Shown in pieces: positions 1 to 12,644 of a stretch of DNA of 64,000 nt. The notes below the pieces were generated by a model, which was not told where the DNA came from, searched no databases, and was given only the letters and a program-made list of their open reading frames with translations. Positions within the stretch are counted from its first letter, which is position 1. The number at the start of each line of letters is the position of its first letter. Origin of the DNA: Eledone cirrhosa (lineage: Eukaryota). The position numbers and the translations under genes are program-made. The stretch spans positions 268,026,001 to 268,090,000 of the forward strand of contig OZ024742.1 in assembly GCA_964016885.1 (NCBI GenBank). The letters are read 5' to 3'.

Positions 1-417
1 TCTTTTTATAGTCTTTGTGTAGTTCTTTATAGTTAATTGTTTATACTTGCTCGCGTCCATCTTATACGGCTTCTTGGTTTTGTCAGAGGTGACGAAGAGG
101 TGTGGGTCATTCTTGATCTTGGTGATGAGTGCATCTAGGGATGTTAGGAATGGATTACTGCATCGGTATTTATTCTTGAACTTAATGTTTCTGATCAGTT
201 TCAGCAGGTCCTCCTCAAGGGAGTCTAACAAGGTGTTGTGCGGTGGGTTTCGGTATGTTTTGAAGCCGTACCTATCTTTAGGTTCTGGAAGGTTACGGGT
301 ATTCTTATCTAGGTGGTAGGCCTTCCATCTTACTCTCCGTATAAAGGAGTTGGTGGCATATATAAGTTGTTTGAGGTATGTTTTTCTGCTGGGTAAGGGG
401 ATACACTTGCGAGGCAT
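1..417 (-). mobile_element. N-terminal ORF of a Penelope-like element (Naiad-like), open to the window edge
   Basis: Manual translation from ATG at 417: MPRKCIPLPSRKTYLKQLIYATNSFIRRVRWKAYH...YGFKTYRNPP...LEEDLLKLIRNIKF...LFVTSDKTKKPYKM. This fits the PLE pre-RT pattern (R.RWKA, YGFK, DKT). No stop before position 1, so it is absent from the ORF track. Confidence 0.8.
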
Positions 418-504
418 GGGTAACGGCTTATTCTCCAACATGGTTACAAATAAAGTGAGATACTCTACAATAGGAGCACGGTAATATAAATATATACATA
501 TATA

Positions 505-696
505 CATTTCGTTTCTGAATTTGTTTAGCAAGATTCTTTATCTGAAAACGTGTGTTGAAACCGATATTGTTATACTTTGGGAGGGTCAAGTTGCCAATAA
601 GAAACACAGGCACCAGTTGTATTCACTTCAATTTATTATAAATTTCCGGTTGATTAGTTCCACAACCGGATGGTTGTTCATATATTGTCAAAGTTC
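505..696 (-). mobile_element. Solo 3' pLTR fragment of the Nematis-like PLE family
   Basis: Closely similar to 60138-60357 and to the reverse complement of 63227-63428. Confidence 0.8.
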
Positions 697-1130
697 CTTT
701 GTATATATTTCTTTAAATAAAAAATATATTTCACCAATTAATTGGTAAATCACATTAGTCAAATCCCGGATGGTCACCAAAGGAGAAGATGCAACCATTT
801 GTGTTTACACAGCAAATGCAAACCTGTGAATGACTCGTACCACGTGTTGCATTAAAAAAAAACACACACATCGCACAGCGTCATCCCAGTGGCGTGAATA
901 GGATTATCGACAGCTAGAAATAGCAGCCGAAACCATTCAACTGAGTTAGCTCTACAATGAAGGGGCCGTATATATATCCAAAATTAAATTAAGGGTTGTC
1001 ATGCATTTACTGTGTAAACACAGATGGTTGGATCTTCTTCTTTGGTAACCATCCGGGATTTGACTACTGTGAGTTACCGATTAATTGGTGAATTATATTT
1101 TTTATTTAAGGAAATATATACAAAGAACCT
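691..1130. repeat. Foldback: ~130-bp inverted arms (691-821 / 1001-1130) around a SINE-like spacer
   Basis: Arms are imperfect reverse complements. The spacer ends in caaaattaaattaaggg..gtcatg, which also occurs at ~39934 and ~46117. Confidence 0.75.
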
Positions 1131-1488
1131 TAGCACCGATACACCTAGATCTGACTACAACTATATCGGCCTTAACGACTCCCTAGCAGCACCCAATAGT
1201 GCTGGCAACGGCCACAACAGACGCAATCAACATAACCGCGACATGACTGGGGAACATGCAGGTGCCCCGTACGGGTCACTCGACGACAACAGAAGGCGCT
1301 GCAGCGTACTACTCCGCACGCAGTGGGATATAATGGTACTAACGACAGGTATAGAGGCATAGGTAACAACATATATTTGAAGTTCTAGTTAAACTTTAAT
1401 TAGTTACACACTTTACAAATTATTGCCTGTGATTGTTTCATACGTTTATTTTATATATATATATATATGTCAATCTATTATTTCTAGT

Positions 1489-1567
<79 letters not shown>

Positions 1568-1572
<5 letters not shown>

Positions 1573-4217
1573 CACAATAATCAAGACTATGTTCAAAACA
1601 TTTTATTACAGACAGTCGCTTCTTCCAAACTTTCGTTAGGAATCATCGGAGCACTAGAAAAATTTAGATATATAATTAACTTCCTATTCGACAGAACAAT
1701 CATATAGATACATAGATATTAATATTTTTATCAACAGTTTCATATTTACAGAGTGGTTGGATGTCACCGAGATGACAAGAGAATACTATAACAATTAAAG
1801 AGGCATTAAGGCAGAAAGTTACTCGCAAAATGAGGACATTAACAGTAAATATGCAACCGTATAATGAACCAATATTTAACAGTAATTCCCAATACTTAGC
1901 TAAATCCGGACATAAAAATTAAATTAAATTGTTACCTAAAATATCACCTAGTTACAATATTATTTCTCACAATATGGCCATGAGGAAAAATAATACAAAT
2001 ACTAGCAACTATAACTCTAGTACGAATGGTAATATCAAACTTAACTCGCACCAGAATAAACACCTCAATAATAATATAAACAGAAATATAAACAATACCT
2101 TAAATAAAAATACATAAACAAAAATAGAACTAATACATTTGTGAATCCCTCTTTCAATCAAAACGTCTCTACCAGCTTGCCTAAGGCTTTCTTCTCAATC
2201 CTAGAAAAAACTTCCCAGTCAGCCACAAATACTATAATCTTATCAATAAAAATACCATTAAAATCTCTTACTCTACCACACCTAACATCGCGTACCATAT
2301 AGCTAGTAGTAATTAAAGGAAGATTAATAATTATTTCAAACTAATTAAATCACAACAGTGGGTAAACCTACATAGCAACATAATACCAGAGAATTCTAGT
2401 AGCAATAATAATAATAGCAATAATGAAATTAATAACAATGAGAATGATAATCATCATTACCCTAATGCTATCCCTAACAACATATTAACCGGCAAGCAAA
2501 CAACCAGAATAACTCTAACTGTAGAACAAATAGAACTTGCCCCTTAGGTAAAAATTGCTTAATCAAAGACATCATTTACTCATGCATAATCAATACAAAA
2601 TACTCTTCAAAAACAAATATTGGTTCTACCTTGATCTGCTTTAAGACGAGATATAACTCGCATCTCCACACTTTAAAAAATCGCAATCTAGCCAACTCCA
2701 CTTCTTTATCTAACTATATACAATATCTGAAAACTAAAAATAGACCATATACACTTCAAGGGAACATAATAGATAGGGCCGCATCGTATAAACCACCGAA
2801 TAAATTATGTAACCTCTGCCTTCTAGAGACCCGAAATATAATCTATTCTAAGCTAAACCTCTTAAATAGAAAATCAGAAAATTTTTCCATGTGCCAACAC
2901 TACCACCGACACTCTTTCCACAACTTTAAACCTAGATGCTAGTATATAACAATGTCAGATCTGGATTCCTCACCACCATTAACACTTCACCTCTAGGTTT
3001 TATCAGCATATAATTACCCCCACACCCTCAAACTCTATGATCAGCTCATTCCTCTCTACTTACCTCCTATTTATCTCAAATCTTATACTCTATAATAACT
3101 ATTAAGAAGAAACATAAATTTACCACCATTTAATATAACTACTATAGCTTACATATATTTTATTCAGTAATGAGTAAAAAGTAATATAATGAGACCTTTA
3201 ATGTATTATAGGAAAATAGATTGTATTTAAAATTAAATATATAAATAAATAGCATTATATAAAAGGGATTCACTTATAACATAATATAATGTATATTAGC
3301 ACAAGGAATTTAACTAATTGGAGCTGTAAACAACTATACATTTTTTTCTATTATATACAAATTAATCACTAATTACATTCCCTTTCACATTAGCTCCCCT
3401 TAATATAGATCTCTAACCCACTTCCGGAAATTAAACCGTTAGAAGCATCACTCTAGAACAATCCGAACCCTGGATAAGAGTGTAACAGGACCAATATACA
3501 ATCCATAGTTGTAAATACTTATAAACATTCACTAAAATATAACCAATGTAATGGAAAAGAAAACAATAATATTATTACTCTCAAAACATGCACATTTGAA
3601 CATTACAGGAACAATTATCACACTACATCCACCATAAACTTCATAGAAACTACTTTTAATACACAAACATCTTTGTCTGCTTAATATGCTTGTAAACCTG
3701 TGTTATATTATGTGATACCTTTGACATACTGTAATATATATGCCTAGTACCATTGCTTGTTTCCTACCTAGCTAACCTGTACATGCCCAACACATTTGCA
3801 CACTCTATACGCTTGCATATGTACTGATAATGTCCTCGTTTTCCGAGTAACTTTCTGCCTTAATGACTCATTAATTGTTATACTATTTTCTTATAATCTA
3901 GGTTACATCCACTCCACTCTGTAAATAGGAAACTGTTGATGACAACATTAATATCTATGTATCTATATGATTTTTCTGTCCAATAGGAAGTTAATTATAT
4001 GTCTAAACTTTGCTAGTGCTCCGATGATTCCAAACGAAAGTTTGGAAGAAACGATTGAACATAGTTTTGATTATTGTGTAATTTATATTGCTGTTCTGTA
4101 AAATATCTGATGCACTGATGCATTTACATTGAGCTGCTTTTCCTACTGGTAATAAGGTAGTAATGAATTACTGATCTTTCCTTTTTATAATTATATAAAG
4201 TGGATATATAAGTCTAA

Positions 4218-4225
<8 letters not shown>
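1568..4225 (+). mobile_element. 5'-truncated Naiad-like PLE with an inverted 5' pLTR copy
   Basis: Degenerate frame NPSFNQNVSTSL...KNTIKISYS, then the GIY-YIG region NCRTNRTCPLGKNCLIKDIIY...FKTRYNSH...CNLCLLE...LLNRKSE..CQH, ending at 2942. 1568-1865 is the reverse complement of 3803-4085. (TA)n on both sides. Confidence 0.85.
4016..4056 (+). ncRNA. Degenerate HHR (CCGATGA core) in the pLTR; inverted copy at 1611-1655
   Basis: gtgct CCGATGA ttccaaac-gaaa-gtttggaa GAAAC. The 3' half is deleted here and mutated in the inverted copy. Confidence 0.5.
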
Positions 4226-4273
<48 letters not shown>

Positions 4274-4413
4274 TTACATAGATATATATATATATACTTA
4301 CATACATATATATACATATATATATATGTATGTATATATATTGAGTTAAGAACTCAGGGTAGTCTCTTACAATTAAATAGCTCTAAGAAAAAAGCTTTCC
4401 CGCGCTGTACAAT

Positions 4414-4695
4414 ATAATTGTATAAACAAGAGAGATGAACACTAATATAAACATACATGTGTTTGAATTGTTAGGACCATATTTGCTGGGGTGAAAAAAT
4501 ACTAACTACAGCAATATTTTTGCCCAATATAGGTCTGTTATTTTTCTTAATTTTTCTTAATTTAATATTTAAAGTTAAGGATATCAAACTATATTGCTGT
4601 AGTTAGTATTTTTTACCACAGTGAATTTAGCGCGTACGATTCGAACACATGTATGTTTATATTAGTGTTCATCTATCTTGTTTATTCAATTATAT
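4414..4695. repeat. Inverted repeat with ~105-bp arms (4414-4517 / 4591-4695)
   Basis: gatgaacactaatataaacatacatgtgtt and aaaaaatactaactacagcaatat recur as reverse complements. Confidence 0.8.
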
Positions 4696-4764
4696 ATATA
4701 TATACATACATACATACATACAAATATATATATATATATACATATATATTAAATATATGAAATA

Positions 4765-6862
4765 TAAGAATCAAAGAACTGTTCAAAACATAATTGTGCT
4801 TACAGCTGTTTCCTCCAAACCGAGGTTTGGATTCTTCGGAGCAATTTATTAATGCATGGACAGTTATATGACCTCCTTTTCAGCCAAGAGACATACCGAT
4901 ACATATGCAAATATTGTGGGTCAACATTCATTACAGAATTTAGAGTGGCAGTACACACATCGAGATTACATTCATATTAAGAGGTACAATCAAAAATCAA
5001 AAATACAGGTTAAAATACAACATGAAGATAAGCGGTTATATAGTGCAAATGTTATATGTGTGGCAAGCATGTGCGTCTTGTTTATATAGTGTGGCAGAGA
5101 TATATGTGTGGTAGAGGCACTTAGGTAGGTAAACAAGAGTGTTAGGTTGGTAGATCTGGTGGCAAATTCTTTATATGATTGATATAGTATGTGTGTGGAG
5201 AAATGTTATAAGCATTAAAAATAGTGCAAGCATTAAAAGTGTTAAAAGTATTGGAGATGCACAGCGAAGGGATGTCAAGTATTTCATGTACTTCGACATT
5301 TTCATGGTCAGGGGAGTGTATTTTTCGATTATATGCCCCTCACATAAACCACGACAATTCGATTTTGAGCGTTTGACAATACAGTTGGAGAATCGTAGTC
5401 TGAAGTTCTTTAGTTCAATACAGGAGGCTGTTACGTTTCGAGAAACGACATTGAATACCACCCGGAAGTGTGTGTGTGGCTAAGGGGAGTTAATGCATGC
5501 GGGGAGGTAACTCCGGGGTTTCTATATCTAGCTATTAAAATGTGTCACAATATAGACCCTAATTTCTATGGTGATGCGCATCCTCCAAAAAATGTTTAAA
5601 GCATAAAGTGTATTAACTATAGAGTAGTTTAATTAAGTTATGCTGAAGGTGTTCATATTATTATGGTGGATTAACCCCCATCGTAAGGTGCCACAAATGG
5701 ATATTATAGATGATGAGCGAGGATTCTAAATTAATGATCTCTGTGGTTGTAGTCTACTCATAGGACCAGGCGCGGTGATTGCAGGATTGCTTCAGGACCC
5801 AATGATCTCTGGTAAGTTCTGGGTCATCGCTTGCTACATTGGATGTCGAAAGATAATCATCTCCAGGCTGGCCAGAGGTCAATCCGCAGTCCTCACGACC
5901 CCTCTCTGACCGCCAGATCATCCATATATGTACAACCCGCACGCCAGTTGCAATGCATTCACTCACTGCGCTCAGCATCCTGGTCCTACTGCTCAACAGC
6001 GTTACTAGATTAAATCGTTTTTCATCTGTCTAAGGAAGGTGCTGCCTCCGCACAACACTATCAAACCGATCAATTCATGCTTAAATTACCTATAGAGCGG
6101 TGTAGTGCAGTTCAAGTGGGTGGATGTTGTCACACCTGACGTAGAGGTATAAATGGGTATTCTCCCTGCGAAGGGTTCCAGAGGGATGTCGTTGTTTGTG
6201 TTATATCAGATCAGTTAGTGTTGGGTATGTAGTATAAGGTGTGCCTCTGGTGTTTGATGCTAGATGTGGTGTTAGGTTCCAGTCCGACATTGCTATATAT
6301 TGGGCTTAAAGTTTTGGAAGGAATGTCTGAAGCGGTGCTGGCAAGTTGCAAACACCTCAGATTTTTTGTTAAGTAGGTTCCGGTTGGAGAAGATAATATT
6401 GTGTGTCTCTAGTATACAGAGGTTACAAAATTTATTAGGTGGTTTGTACGGGGTCGCGCTGCCTATCACTTCCCATTTGAGTGTGTATGGTTTATTTTTA
6501 GTTTTTAGATAGTGTATGTAGCTAGAAAGTGAGGTGGAGTTTGCTAGGCTGTGCTTTTTGAACGAGTGGATGTGCGAATTATATCTGATTTTGAAGCAGT
6601 TAGAAGTGGAGCCTACATAGGCTTCTGAAGAGTTGCTAGTCGTGACGGTGCATGAGTATATGATATCCTTGGTTAGGCATTTTTTATCTAAAGGGCAGGT
6701 TCTATTAGCTCTACAGTTACAATTATCCTGTGCATTAGTCTGCTGGTTATAATGCAGTGCGGAAGTCTGTGTGGTAGCTATAGGATTTTGGGTGTTCGGG
6801 TTGTCAACCCTGGTGTTATTACTTATACTAGTGTTATTTCTATTGTTACTGCCGTTGCTAAT
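4765..6862 (-). mobile_element. 5'-truncated Naiad-like PLE: open GIY-YIG frame and long 3' UTR
   Basis: ORF 6293..7033 (its N-terminus reads through TA repeat): CNCRANRTCPLDKKCLTKDIIYSCTV..AYVGST..FKIRYNSH..CNLCILE..LLNKKSE..CQH. Bounded by (TA)n. Confidence 0.88.
4797..4843 (-). ncRNA. Minimal type I HHR with CCGAAGA core
   Basis: tgct CCGAAGA a-tccaaac-ctcg-gtttgga-g GAAAC AGCT GTA agca. Helices I, II and III all pair; the loop is palindromic; the cleavage triplet is GUA. Confidence 0.75.
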
Positions 6863-6869
6863 GTATATA

Positions 6870-6922
<53 letters not shown>

Positions 6923-7014
6923 CAAGGGAAAAGTGGTAAGGAACCAGGTGGACCATAACGCACCAAAGTACTCAATACTTAGGGTAGTAGAGTGGGTAAT
7001 AGGAGTAAGTAAGA

Positions 7015-7107
7015 CCCCGACGGCTGAGCTCAAGCCGTTTCGACGGCTAATTCTGTACTGAATGAAAAATCAGTTCTGGTATTTAAATAGCCGAACTTGT
7101 CAAGGGG
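7015..7107 (-). ncRNA. Type I HHR with U3-A8 core and extended helix II
   Basis: cccc TTGACAA gtt-cggcta...(~38 nt)...tagccg-tc GAAAC GGCT tgagctc AGCC GTC gggg. Confidence 0.75.
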
Positions 7108-7430
7108 CAATTCCATATATGGTCAAAGAGATAATCACCAGGATTGGTCATCCCACAAGGTAGTAGTAATTCTGCGATGGCAAGTTGGTGGGGGAGGTAG
7201 CCAAACCTGCCAGTAGGAGAAAAGGGGAGAGGGGGCGGAGTAGACCCATTCATGCGTTGGTGGTGCCAGCTACAGCTGGGTGTGAGGTCAAAGAGGAAGC
7301 AGGGGGGGGGGGTCAATACGGTAAGTAGAACGATGAAAATGTAAAACTGTAAAAGGTACTGAGAGAGAAAAGAAATATAAGCGGAATCTGGTTACTAAGA
7401 CTTAATTCTCTCGCTATTGCTAGGCTGAAG

Positions 7431-7745
7431 AAATACATAAATAGGTAAATAAGAAATACATAAATAATATTCCACATAAGTAAATAAGAAATACAAAAAT
7501 AATATTCCACATAAGTAAATAAGAAATACATAAAGAATATTCCACATAAGTAAATAAGAAATACGTGAATAATATTCCACATAAGTAAATAAGAAATACA
7601 TAAGTAATATTCCACATAAGTAAATAAGAAATACGGAAATAATATTCCACATAAGTAAATAAGAAATACATAAGTAATATTCCACATAAGTAAATAAGAA
7701 ATACGTAAATAATAAATAATATTCCACAAGAAATACATAAGTGAG
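7431..7745. repeat. 35-bp minisatellite (~9 copies) in the PLE 3' UTR
   Basis: Unit aatattccacataagtaaataagaaatacataaag recurs at 7501, 7536, 7571, 7606, 7641. Confidence 0.9.
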
Positions 7746-8869
7746 TAAATAAACAAATAAGTGAGTAAGGGATGGATAGATAGATTTTTAAAAAATATAT
7801 ATATATATATATATAATGTAGAATAAAAAGAATAGGAAAACAAATGATAATGATAGAAAAAAAACCTAGGTGTGGCGGAGATAAAGGGACCTTTATGCGG
7901 GGTATAAGTGCGTGTATCGTACGGTGACGGGTCAACAGAGGGGGGGGGGGTCGGAATACTACAGAGACCACCACGAAAAAAATAAATAAATAACGGTTTC
8001 TACCCCAAACACCGGGCCAGCAACCACCCAGTGCAAGAAAGTAGACTAGTACGAGAATGTAATTCAGGGTCCCGCAAAAAAATACTGGTGCTAACTCTAA
8101 GGGTACCGCCACGAAACAAAATGTCTTATACAAGCTACATGAAAAGTCGTACGAATTAAAAATAAAGAACGGAAAATTAATACAGAAAAAAGGGAGAAAA
8201 GGGAAAAAGGGAAAAAGAAGAAAGAGATACTGGATCGATAAAAAAAAGTGTAAAGGAAGATCTTACGTCTCCATAGGCAAGCAGGGGTTACCCATTACAA
8301 AATAGGCAAGTGGGGTGTTATAGGCTACCCCCCCCCCCCCCCCGGGTCATTATGGGGTTTGAGGGCGAGGTAAGTCCTACGTAATCGGTGATTACATGCA
8401 GTAACCTATTCATCTTTCTTGTTAAGGAGTTGGTCCGTCGAAAACAGCATTTGTAATGTTTCCTCCGAGCATAAATTGCACGGACGGCGTCCTCCCGTGT
8501 AGGAGTTGGCTCTGGACAGTAATTTCCAAGTGAGATCATAGTTGATGTTGTTGTCCTTGAGGTCCCATATGTGGCCCGAAAGTGTAGTGGTGTGACGCCG
8601 GGCCGGGTTTCGGAAGGTATGTCTGTGTTGGTATAGCCGGGTCTTGAAGTCGCATGCGGTCAATCCTATATAAGCTTTGTTGGAGGTGTCCGTGCTCACG
8701 TTGCACTGGTAGATCACATTACGGTCTCTGCATCTGTTGTCGAGGGGGCAACTTAATCTATCAGGACAGTTGCACCTCCTAGTCCGAGATATATATACAC
8801 ATATATATATATATACACATAGATATATATACACACATATATATATATACATATATATACATATATATA

Positions 8870-8949
<80 letters not shown>

Positions 8950-8980
8950 TATTAACATATATATACATATATATATATAT

Positions 8981-9748
8981 TTTGAAATTTAAACTTGTAT
9001 AGGCACCAGGCCATTGCCGATATACGTCTGTGAGTATAGATATATTACTTTTTAGATCGATACAGGCAGACTATCAGTATTTGAATTAAGATATTTCATT
9101 CTAGTAAATTAATTGTCAATTTGCAGTAAAAACACATAAGTGTTCTCATATATTTATTTATATTAACTTATATTGTACTGCTCAGAAATGCTTCTTTCTT
9201 AGAGGAATAATTGTCATTGACCCCTGAGTGTAAACTCTAAATTATATAATACAAACTGCACCCTCGGTAGAGCTGAATTCGTAATCCCATATAAACGGCT
9301 GTTATTTCTAGCGCCATGAGTATGAACTAGAATGCAGGAAGTAACCGTGTGCAAAAGCACATGTATTTAGCATACGAGAAACCAGACCTTAGATATTTCT
9401 CCGATGTGAAATGACTTTAATTTTTCTGGGTGCCTATTGAGAATCACAGAAAATTAATTATTTCACAACTAATTAATTATGTCATTATTATACCATCCCT
9501 TGTGAAACAGGTTTACGTTCTGAGTTTCGGACTGATCTACGGAAAAGGTTTGAATTTTGAAATTTAAACTTGTATAGCCACCAGGCCATTGACGATATAC
9601 GTCTGTGAGTATAGGTATATTATTTTTTAGATCGATACAGGCAGACTATATGTATTTGAATTAAGATATTTCATTCTAGTAAATTAATTGTCAATTTACA
9701 GTAAAAACACATAAGTGTTCTCATATATTTATTTATATTAACTTATAT
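8981..9748. repeat. Non-coding ~575-bp unit with a ~190-bp terminal direct repeat, in (TA)n
   Basis: 8981-9172 is repeated at ~9556-9748. Confidence 0.85.
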
Positions 9749-9798
9749 TATATATATATACATATATATTTATATATACACATATATATATATGTGTG

Positions 9799-9882
<84 letters not shown>

Positions 9883-10458
9883 TATGTATACATATATATA
9901 TGTATATACATATATATATATACATATATATACATATATATATACATATATATATATACATATATATATATATACATACATATATATATATGAATGCATA
10001 TATATGCATATATATATATACATATATATATATTTATACATATATATGCATATATATATATATATACATATATATAAATATATATACATATATATAAATA
10101 TATATGGTGGCTGCCAACTCGTTTTCGAGTACGGCCACTACTTTATATCCGTGTAGGAGAACCCCTACCGATGCGCTGAACGAGTGTGACTTTTTAGTCC
10201 AGCCAGTGACTTGAAAACTCTGGTGCAGAGAGATCTCCAGATATAAAGCAATGCCTGTGGCGTGAAGCTTTTATAGAGAACAAAGGCACTGCACAAAGCC
10301 AGTCCCACTCTCTTAACCAAGATGATATTTACTAAAAAGAAGAACAAGTAAACATCATTGGATACCATCAGGGTTGCAGGTGTTATGTCAGAGTTTTCGT
10401 TCTCCTAGAATTCTGCCTTGTCAAAGGCTAAGGGGTCATCTCTCCCGTATATACACAG

Positions 10459-10571
<113 letters not shown>

Positions 10572-10589
10572 TTTAATCTGTTAATTTAT

Positions 10590-10792
10590 TAATTTTTTAT
10601 TTGAATGACCCGAATTTTCCTGGTCGGTTTTTTTCGGCCGTGCGATTGATTCTAAGCATCGTCTTTATGTGTTGGTATTTTAACGATAGTTATAGCTCTG
10701 GTTCATCCAAACTGTTGAGCCCTCTGCTACACATGTCGAAGTTTGTTTAACGTTATTTCGTGGGCCGAAATTCTGATTCTCGATTATTTACT
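10590..10792. repeat. Unclassified ~200-bp interspersed repeat; diverged copy at ~28500-28703
   Basis: Colinear motifs gacccgaatt, ggtcg, catcgtct, tttaacg, tagctctggtt, ttgagc and gccgaaat occur in both copies. Confidence 0.65.
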
Positions 10793-10867
10793 TATATATA
10801 TATATATATATACATACATATATAGATACATACATATATATATATATATACATATATATGTATATAC

Positions 10868-10918
<51 letters not shown>

Positions 10919-10949
10919 CATATATATACATGTATATATATACATATAA

Positions 10950-11051
<102 letters not shown>

Positions 11052-11106
11052 GTATATATTTATATGTATATATATACATGTATATATATATATGTATATA
11101 TATATA

Positions 11107-12548
11107 TAGCTTTAAGCTAAACTCCTCAACAAAGATTGGGTTATATGTTAGTATAAACCCAATTTAAGTGTTTGGGGTGCTAACTATATGTATTTTGTGG
11201 AAAGCCAGTTGTATTATTTTATGAGATATAATTAAAGTTAAAATATATCTCTCTTTCCAAACAATTGTTTCATTATAAGTTTTCTACAAATTGGGAGAAA
11301 GTTTCCATTTTATGTAGAAGCCTAACATATATTCATGTAAGAATATATTTAGGTGGGCACTTATAAATCTTCAGAGGAAGCCCATTAAACTTTGATATAA
11401 GAAAAAATTCTTACCGCAGTTAAAAATCTTGTCTGCTAAGCTGCTCCTTCACGCATCGAATGACCGCCAAATTTGAAATTCCAGCAGTCTTTTGACTGAG
11501 GAAGTATCATAGCGTCACGAAGCGATAAAGGGAGACAACCACGAATCACGAGAAAAGAAAATAATATACACGTGGGTTAAATAGTTTTTTCTAAAACATT
11601 ATCAATCCAGCGTGTTAAGAACTCAATTGATATTAAACAAATAAATAAATGTATGCGTGTATTAATTACACACGCATATAGATATTTTCTTAGGCTAAAA
11701 ACAGAAGTGATACCTAAATAACAAACCGCATCTCATAACTGTAGTAAATACGGAAAGTTACGCTTTAAAAGGCATTTGGGAATGTAAATCTCTGCCCAAA
11801 TTAAGAGTAAAATATTTAATACATGCAGGTTAATTAGTTATTTCAAAACCATTATCAATTCCGCGTGTTAAGAACTCAATTAATTTTAAAAAATGAATGT
11901 ATGCATGTAATTATTTACACACGCAATATATATTTTCTTAGGCTAAAAACAGAGAAGTGACAACTAAAAAACCCACCATATCTCATAACAGTAATAATAC
12001 GGAAAGTCATGTTTATAAGATACCTGGAAATAAATACTTCTGGCCAAATCAAGAGTAAAATATTTAATACAATAACAGAGATAGCTTAAAGCTAAACTCC
12101 GACTGGTAACCATCTCACTCAACAAACATTAGGTTATATGTTAGTATAAACCCAATTTAAGTGTTTGGGGTGCTAACTATATGTATTTTGTGGAACGCCA
12201 GTTGTATTATTTTATGAGATATAATGAAAGTTAAAATATATCTCTCTTTCCAAACAATTGTTTCATTATAAGTTTTCTACAAATTGGGAGAAAGTTTCCA
12301 GTTCATGTAGAAGCCTAACATATATTCATATAAGAATATATTTAGGTGGGCACTTATAAATCTTCAGTGGAAACCCATTAAACTTTGATATAAGAAAAAA
12401 TTCTTACCGCAGTTAAAAATCGTGTCTGCTAAGCTGCTCCTTCACGCATCGAATGACCGCCAAATTTGAAATTCCAGCAGTCTTTTGACTGAGGAAGTAT
12501 CATGGCGTCACGAAGCGGGAAAGGGAGACAACCACGAATCACGAGAAA
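11107..12548 (-). mobile_element. Non-coding retrozyme-like element: two ~450-bp direct repeats 993 bp apart, each with an HHR
   Basis: 11107-11555 matches 12082-12548. The spacer holds a ~250-bp tandem duplication. No credible ORF; (TA)n flanks. Confidence 0.75.
12247..12373 (-). ncRNA. Type I HHR with a large branched helix-II insertion (second copy at 11254-11380)
   Basis: tttcca CTGAAGA t-ttataagt...acttataa-t GAAAC AATT GTT tggaaa. Confidence 0.8.
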
Positions 12549-12604
12549 TATGTATATATTTATATGTATATATATATACATGTATATATATATGTATATA
12601 TATG

Positions 12605-12644
<40 letters not shown>

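Larger units (their letters stand above)
6921..8788 (-). mobile_element. Second Naiad-like PLE family, 5'-truncated
   Basis: ORF 8406..8852: [55 protein letters not shown], then a TAG followed by VTACNH. The 3' end is shared with 14715-14900, 16076-16200 and 47745-47878. Confidence 0.85.

Noticed and set aside
7431-7745. CRISPR-like 35-bp periodicity
   Set aside because: Head-to-tail repeats with no unique spacers, in a eukaryotic context.
2500-8790. Selenocysteine (UGA) recoding, as reported for some Naiad PLEs
   Set aside because: The Cys motifs read here use TGT/TGC, the in-frame stop at 8406 is TAG, and no convincing SECIS core was found by eye.
11496-11525. Plus-strand CTGAGGA..GAAG hammerhead
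   Set aside because: No GAAA and no helix I or III; the supported motif is on the minus strand.
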